Assembly: GCF_964204645.1 (NCBI RefSeq)
Contig: NC_134034.1
Span: 4,295,814 to 4,359,813, forward strand
Direction: 5' to 3'
Origin: Tubulanus polymorphus
Lineage: Eukaryota; Animalia; Nemertea
Length of the DNA stretch: 64,000 bases
This document shows, piece by piece, positions 41,068-64,000 of the stretch; position 1 is the stretch's first letter, and the number at the start of each line of letters is the position of its first letter. The position numbers were made by a program, and so were the translations under genes. Under the pieces are notes generated by a model that saw nothing but the letters and a program-made list of their open reading frames with translations, did no database searches and had not been told where the DNA came from.

Positions 41068-42439
41068 GTAATCACTGTAACCTGTTCCTCGGGATACCGA
41101 CGATTCAATTTAATCAAAGAAATCGAATTTAAGAAATCGACTTATCAAATCAATTTTCAGTAAACATCAATACCATACGCCGAGTGGCAATCTTATATCC
41201 GATGATTTGTTTGAAAATCTTCGTATTTTTGGAAGCTTAATAAACAAGTTCGAATTTCATTGAAATGCAAAACGATTCGAAAAAGGATTAGGATTAGAAT
41301 ATGACTTAATATACTCCATCCATTTCTATGGTACTACGGTACATGGCGGGAAACTATAAAATGTACAATATCTAAAATAAACGGAAAATATAAATTTGTG
41401 TTTATGAAATATAACGAAATGGTTTACAATACATTCCTACACTATTTACAACATACTAACTATTGCAGGGATACATCTAAACGTCATCTAAATCTTTTTT
41501 TCTAAATAGATTTTGCAAAGTTTATTGTAGGATTTTTTAGACAAGATTGCCATAAGAGATAAGATAGATAGGATAAGATAATAGGCTGCCAACATTTCCA
41601 TGGTACGTGGAGGGAAAATGATTTTGGTTTACAAATATTAGAGAATGACCAAGTTGTTGCGCCATCTGGTGGTGCCGGTATCCCATTGTCGATGTTGCGC
41701 GGTAATCTGCGGGTAGAGTTGATATGTTTATACGATTTTCAGAGCAGTCGTAATTGAAAGCGTCGCCGGGAGAGTACGAGTTTACTCTCCGCATTCTCGC
41801 GTACGATTCTTCGCAGTGGGTGCCCCTGTTTCTAGCCAGGCCGAATCAGATTTGAACAAATATATTTTACGATCACACCTACTCCGCCAATTGACTTGAG
41901 TTTTTAAAATTGTGTCCGCATGTTTATGATACCTTATTCTGTATGTATTATTCTGTATTCGTATTGTTTCTTTATTGTGCTCATCCCTAGGATGTAAATA
42001 ATGCCTACATTACGGGTCAATAAGGTTAGTTGAATTTTTATTTTGCTAGTACGATGCCACTATACTCCTCTCTCCAACATCGATCGTGACCCGGTGACTG
42101 TGAGTACTTCTTACAGCCTTTAGCGAGCGGCACGCGCTCAGACGTAACCACTTAAGGAATTAGTTCGTGCGTGGAGCAGTCACGCGCCGACGTATTCATT
42201 TTGTTGGCTGCCTCTTTCCGCGTAGATAGTCTGAAGATTCCTTGTAGTCTTTCTCAAACGATGCTGTATGTCCTACGCATTGACTAGAAGGAAATCTTGT
42301 AGAAAGAAGCAAATTTTTAAACGCAAATTATCCAACAGTCTGACGGTGTTTTCTCGGTGAGACCTATCCGTAGTGTACGGTGGTTGTAAAAACATCGGCG
42401 GCGCAGCTCTTTGGTTCATCCGTCGATGTGTTAATCGTC

Positions 42440-42738
42440 AATGGGGTACCCGCAGTGCTACGGTGGCGTCGAGTATTCCACTTATGGCAGGCGAGGATCC
42501 GCTTAATTTGCTAGTAGATCGTTGGTCGTCCGCATTCGATTTACGTAGTCTAGCCTACTTCCAATTAAATCTAGATGAACTTTTTTCTCAAATGAATCGA
42601 TTATTTATGGAAACTATATCGATATCCGAGAGACAGCGAAGAATGACAGCGTTGTATATTTGGGAGGGGGGGGTGTTGTAATAAGTCAAAGAATCCAGTT
42701 CTATATGTTCATTGAAAATGGACCAATTTTGACAACAG
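42440..42738 (-). repeat. Family A copy
   Basis: aatggggtaccc..ttccacttatggcaggcgaggatcc..gttcattgaaaatggaccaattttgacaac. Confidence 0.65.
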
Positions 42739-44524
42739 ACGACCTATCTGGCGGGATAGCTGGTTTTGCAGGTACCCCGTTCAAATCTGAATTTCGCCAA
42801 ATTAGAGAAGGTTTAGGGCAGTTTTTGTCCGTACAGGGCTTGGATCACGTGTTACGCTGATCGAATAGCGCATCCAACTACAAAAATTTACTGGCAGTTC
42901 TGCGCGTATTGAAATACCGAGGTGAATGGCGTTGATAATCATGGAATGCTTCGGGTTTGTCTAGTTTTTAATGAAATCGATTTCAAGAGGAAATTACCCA
43001 GTAATTATCACAATGAGTCTCCTCTCGAAACGAAGTTAGTATACGGTTGATTGGCTGTATATAGAGAGGCCTCCGTATGTGACGACATGTAATGAAACCG
43101 AGTGACAGTGCTCTTCGTTAGACCCTTAAATGCTGTTGCCAGCGTTCTACTGCTTGATTCCTACAGGTACGAGGTTAGGTAATCTTCAAAATCTTCCCGA
43201 ATGTAACTAATATTTGGATATTCAAATCAACTCGCTAGACGCGTCGACCACACTCCGCGCTGTTGCGCCACCGCGCGGGACTCACGCGAAATAGCAGAAT
43301 GCAATAGCCGCACTAAATTGATGTGGTATGATTTTCAATTATTTCAGCTGTTAGGATTTCAAGGGACAATGTAACTATATGATGTGATATGGCGATGTTA
43401 AGAAATGATTTTGCCGTGGTGAAGCTAGTGAGGAACTGTCCCGATTGAGTGACTGTACAGCAGTCAAAAACATATTAATTTGCTTAGTTACGTAATTTAG
43501 TTGCAGTGACTTGTTGACGAAAGGTGAAGCCTTAATGACCGTTGACAAAATTATAGCAATCACAAATGTAAGAAAAAAAGAGATAGACCTAAGTCAACAT
43601 TCTGGCCGTTTCTCAAATTGTTAATGACTAATCTAATAATTTATAGTCAGTGCGGAACGTTTGGTTAATGAGGGATGTTAGGTTGTCATGTTTTACACGA
43701 TTTTGTTGAAATAATGAGGGGTGGTAGATCATCATGATTAAACAGCCTCGAACCCAAATCCGGAGCCACCAGATCGACAGTTAACAGCCGACGCCTCCTC
43801 AGTAACTATACGAAATCTAAACGGCTAACTTTTTCATCCAAGCAATTATGCATAGCACCTTGCTTATGAGCTATTACATAATCTATAAATTTCAACCAAA
43901 CCAGTAAATGCGATGTTCCACCTTCGACGACGGACGAAGGTATTTTCAAACTACGGTTAACTCCGCTGCGTAGCTCGGTTCTATTCGGACCATATTTTTT
44001 ACCGAATTAACCGAATACCGACTTAGAGATTGGAGAATTCTAGGATTTTTTACGTTAGCGATCAGAAAATTCGTAATGGAATTTCACCGACGCAGCCGGG
44101 TTACCGAGTCAACCGATATACAGAGAAAGAATAATCATCAAATATTTAGAGTGAAAAAAAATGTTTTCTTGCGTCGCAGAAACGTCCATGATTACGTACT
44201 CGGTGTGTCAAGTAGTACATATTGTTGATTAGACAGGATACATTGGGATAACGTGCTAATTACATATAATCGGAGCTCTTTACGAAATTACAAAATGCCC
44301 TTGTGCATTAGCAGCGTATGCTCATTTGACAGTTGCATGGATCCTTACCGTTCGTTATAAACGTGGGATTTTCTACGAAAATGAAAATTGTACGGGTATA
44401 TAAATGTCGTAGTAAAATTTTTCCCGTTACGAATCTAAAAGCGAAACGATCTATTTTGCTGTCGGAGTAAAACGTGATTTTTTCACCATATATCGTAAGA
44501 GCATTTGATTTTGTATCGTTTTAG

Positions 44525-60957
<16,433 letters not shown>

Positions 60958-61011
60958 CGCAAGCTCCTTCGATTTCTAGGCGCGATGCGCGCTCAGGAAA
61001 AGGTGAATAGA

Positions 61012-61017
61012 AATAAA
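61012..61017 (+). terminator. Candidate polyadenylation signal AATAAA
   Basis: 54 nt after the TGA of the read-through last exon. Confidence 0.35.
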
Positions 61018-61731
61018 AGCGCACTCTGGTGGCAGAAATTACAAAAATTACAATATGCATGCGCTTCAATTATGTGGCTTAGCAACCCATATGCGGTTTT
61101 TATCTGTTTGTGAAGGGTCTTGTTTGTTAGCTTTAGCGAGTACATTTCCCTTGTCAGTAAATCTAATCTCCATCGTTAGGCTAGTGTGCTTTTGCGTAGA
61201 CCTGGGTCTTAGCCATGTAGAGGATGATGCGGTCGGTACGAATGAAATATCAAAGTCCATGAGATCTAAACAAAAAAACACACCGAAAACACCATCTCCG
61301 GCGGTGAGTGATTAGGTTTTGCTTTTTCACGTGAGATGATGATAGATTCTGATCTAATCAGATCCTTTTTTAATCCCCAAAAACATATTTTAATGGTAAT
61401 CACTGAGTTCAACCCGCTCAATCGCTCGAGGCAGGCAAACAACCGGTTCATCCAACATATTTCAATTGCGCACTGTCTTCCTCTGCATCAGACACTCGCT
61501 ACAGCCCCGTTTAGGACCCTTACAGAAATAATTCTTCTTACTCATTGAGAAAGGATATAGTTATGGGATATAATATAATACCGAGATATGTAATGTATTA
61601 TGCCCACCCCCCACAGAAAGTAGTAACCCATCAAGTTATCAAGTTACTTTAGTGATATGACACGCACAAAATTGCCGTCGTGATATCAGTCAATTGACTT
61701 ATATATCCTTTCACCGTAGTAAGCTGTCATT

Positions 61732-61948
61732 CGTAGAGGAACCGTGCTAGCCGGGAGTAGAATAAATATAACGAGACGAGCAGTACTACATAGGTTAACT
61801 AGTTTATTTGGCGCACGAGCTTTCGCTACTAATGTATAGTAGCTTCGCCATTCACCCGATAAAGCTTCTATACAATAGAGAAAAGGCGAAAAGCTCGTGC
61901 GTCAAATATGCAAGTGAACCTATAAAGTACTACTTCTCTTGTTGTATT
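61732..61948. mobile_element. Fold-back hammerhead element, family F
   Basis: Minus strand GCTACTA-tacat-TAGTAGC-GAAA-GCTC-GTG with the 5' core truncated; 12-bp TSD TAAGCTGTCATT at 61720-61731 and 61949-61960. Confidence 0.78.
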
Positions 61949-63898
61949 TAAGCTGTCATTGTTACCGTTAAGTTTTCTTATGACATCATATATAAAACCT
62001 TCCAAGATGGCTGCCTCCGTAGATTGCCTTATTCGATTCCTCTTTCGATTACCTATGGATATGTCGATATAAGCGCTACCCGCCCAAGATATTGTTTCTT
62101 CTTGAAATGCAGTCGCCATGTCACCCGACAGTAAAATGCTGACTGCCACCATAAATACCTGTATGGCATCATCAAAAACCGTCTGAACTAACAGGCAAAG
62201 TTTTGAATTCGTCAAATACAAACTCGGACGCTGGGGAGGAAACCCTAGAGTTTGCCCACTTAATTCGAAAGTGGCAGTAAATATTTGGCATCGTGCCAAT
62301 AGGTAACACGCTGAACACGTTATAGCAGAATAGGCGCCTTCGAGCGTAGTTACCCCGTTTGAATTAATATCCGTTTGAATTTCTTCGACGATTACGAATC
62401 AGGATGTTCATTTCCTGCGCGTCTAAACGTGTTTTTATTACAAACTTCCGCTAGGTGTCACTCTACGTAGTCCACTAATGGTAGGCATTACTATAATCTA
62501 ATAAACTCTCAAACGTTGCTTCAATAAGAAATGTTTGAACGAGAGCTCTCGAGTTGAAATATCGCTGAGCCGTCGACTATCTGTCGTGCCATTTTCCACA
62601 TTCGTGGCTTAACGTATCTCGTCTTTATATACATAAATGAAACTATGTACCAGCTACTGTGTCGCAGTGGAGAAATGATAATCCTTTAAATCGTTAGATA
62701 ATCATTGAATAAACGGCTATAAACGGATACGAGAATATTCATAGGGGTGGGGTAGAAAAAAATTATTCAGCCAATCAGTGAGCAGGAACTTGAATTATGG
62801 ACTATCATTGTATCAGAGCATTTAACTCTTTGCCGTTAACATTTTCACTGGTTTCGCGTGCCTCCGATAGTATCCGGTCTCTAAGGGTACAGGTTACGTA
62901 CGTAATTCTAAAATTGTCTCACTAAGATTCCATGGCTGGTAAATCGAAAAATTGAAGTTATGGGCTAATCGCCTTCTGTTTACACAGATTTTACTAATAA
63001 TGATAGTTAACTCATTTATTTAGCGTAGAACTAAATAATCACCGTGCTTTACATCGCATAGGAAAATAAAAATACATTTTTCAAAACAAACGAACGAAAC
63101 AATCAGTAAAATCAGCTCAAAAATAAGCTAATCTAAAAAGATTAATTTTGGGTTTGGATTTGAAACAATGAACTGATGGACATTCCCTAATTGACTGGGA
63201 AACGGAATTACATAGACTTTGCATCAAACCTGAAAGCCATAAAGCCGCAACTGGGTTAAGGAACACGAACAGCCAGTCTGGTGTAATCTTGAGCTGATCG
63301 AAGAGATATAGTAGGTTGGTACAACGGTATTAGTTCTACTCAGACTAGTATCAATGATTTTTGTGCCACCCACTGGGGCCAAACTCATGTGTCTAAACGA
63401 TCTCTATTTTCAAGACCGAACTTTGGGTTAGTCTATCGGTTACTGAATTAGCAATCAGCGGCCCATTGCTCCAGGAAAACCTAGACGATTTTTTTTTTTT
63501 CATTGTTGAACTTCTATTTTGCAACACAGATTCCGTCGATTAAAAAAAATCTTTTTTTCTTTAATTGTTACCTACAATTGCATGGGATTGTATGGGAAAT
63601 CAGTAAAAGGTTTACCAGCTGAGATCAACAGATGGTTTGACTAAAACGTCTCAAGACGAAGTTAGTAATAATTGATTTACAAGAAACATATGATGCAAAT
63701 TTAACTAAATGTAGATGGAACCGAAGTGCTGCAGAAGTATATGCTTGTGAAACACGGTTACGGCTGCCTAAATCCCGTCGAGCACAATTCAATGTTCTCT
63801 ACTTCTCTTCGCCTATCAATCATCTCAGTAGATTGCTTTTTTTCTTGTCGCTTTTGATATTAGTTAGTCATGTCTTCGTATATTATTCAACTCCACAG

Positions 63899-64000
63899 GA
63901 GAATGAGAACAAGTATATTTGGCTTGGACCTCTGAAGGTAACCACCACACTCCCACATGGCACGCGGATTTTGCACACAGCACGTGTAAGACTTCAATAA
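63899..64000 (+). CDS. Candidate alternative downstream PDFR exon (ENENKYIWLGPLK|VTTTLPHGTRILHTARVRLQ*)
   Basis: ctccacag acceptor; open in phase 0 from the 60840 donor; internal AAG|GTAACC donor at 63937; TAA at 63998-64000. Confidence 0.3.
   Translation, partial: ENENKYIWLGPLKVTTTLPHGTRILHTARVRLQ

Noticed and set aside
43130-43172. Signal-peptide exon MLLPAFYCLIPT
   Set aside because: Nearby donors are phase 1 or 2 and do not join the phase-0 acceptor at 44525 in frame
61868-62299. 143-aa minus-strand ORF
   Set aside because: Non-ATG start, runs into an F element, no recognisable domain

Overview
Invertebrate (non-vertebrate bilaterian) nuclear DNA: AT-rich, no obvious CpG depletion, spliceosomal introns. 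Almost all ORFs in the supplied track are spurious. The one protein-coding gene I can support is a + strand, multi-exon secretin-family (class B1) GPCR with the signature of a pigment-dispersing factor receptor (PDFR). Eleven GT-AG exons at 44525-60957 splice in frame to 474 codons plus stop. The true 5' start is unresolved and an alternative C-terminal exon is possible. The rest is intergenic or intronic and dense in short non-autonomous repeats: MITEs with 9-bp, TTA or TTAA flanks, CORE and tRNA SINEs, LINE 3' ends, a pearl/HINE-like element, a 50-bp minisatellite and microsatellites. The most striking signal is three sequence families (D, E, F; 9 copies) of short ORF-less elements. Eight are fold-back, 190-410 bp, and flanked by 8-14 bp target-site duplications; the ninth is a single arm. 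Each carries a minimal type-I hammerhead-ribozyme core, often partly decayed, with a palindromic stem III, i.e. Penelope-like/retrozyme-type elements in hairpin form. All alignments were done by eye and no database search was run.
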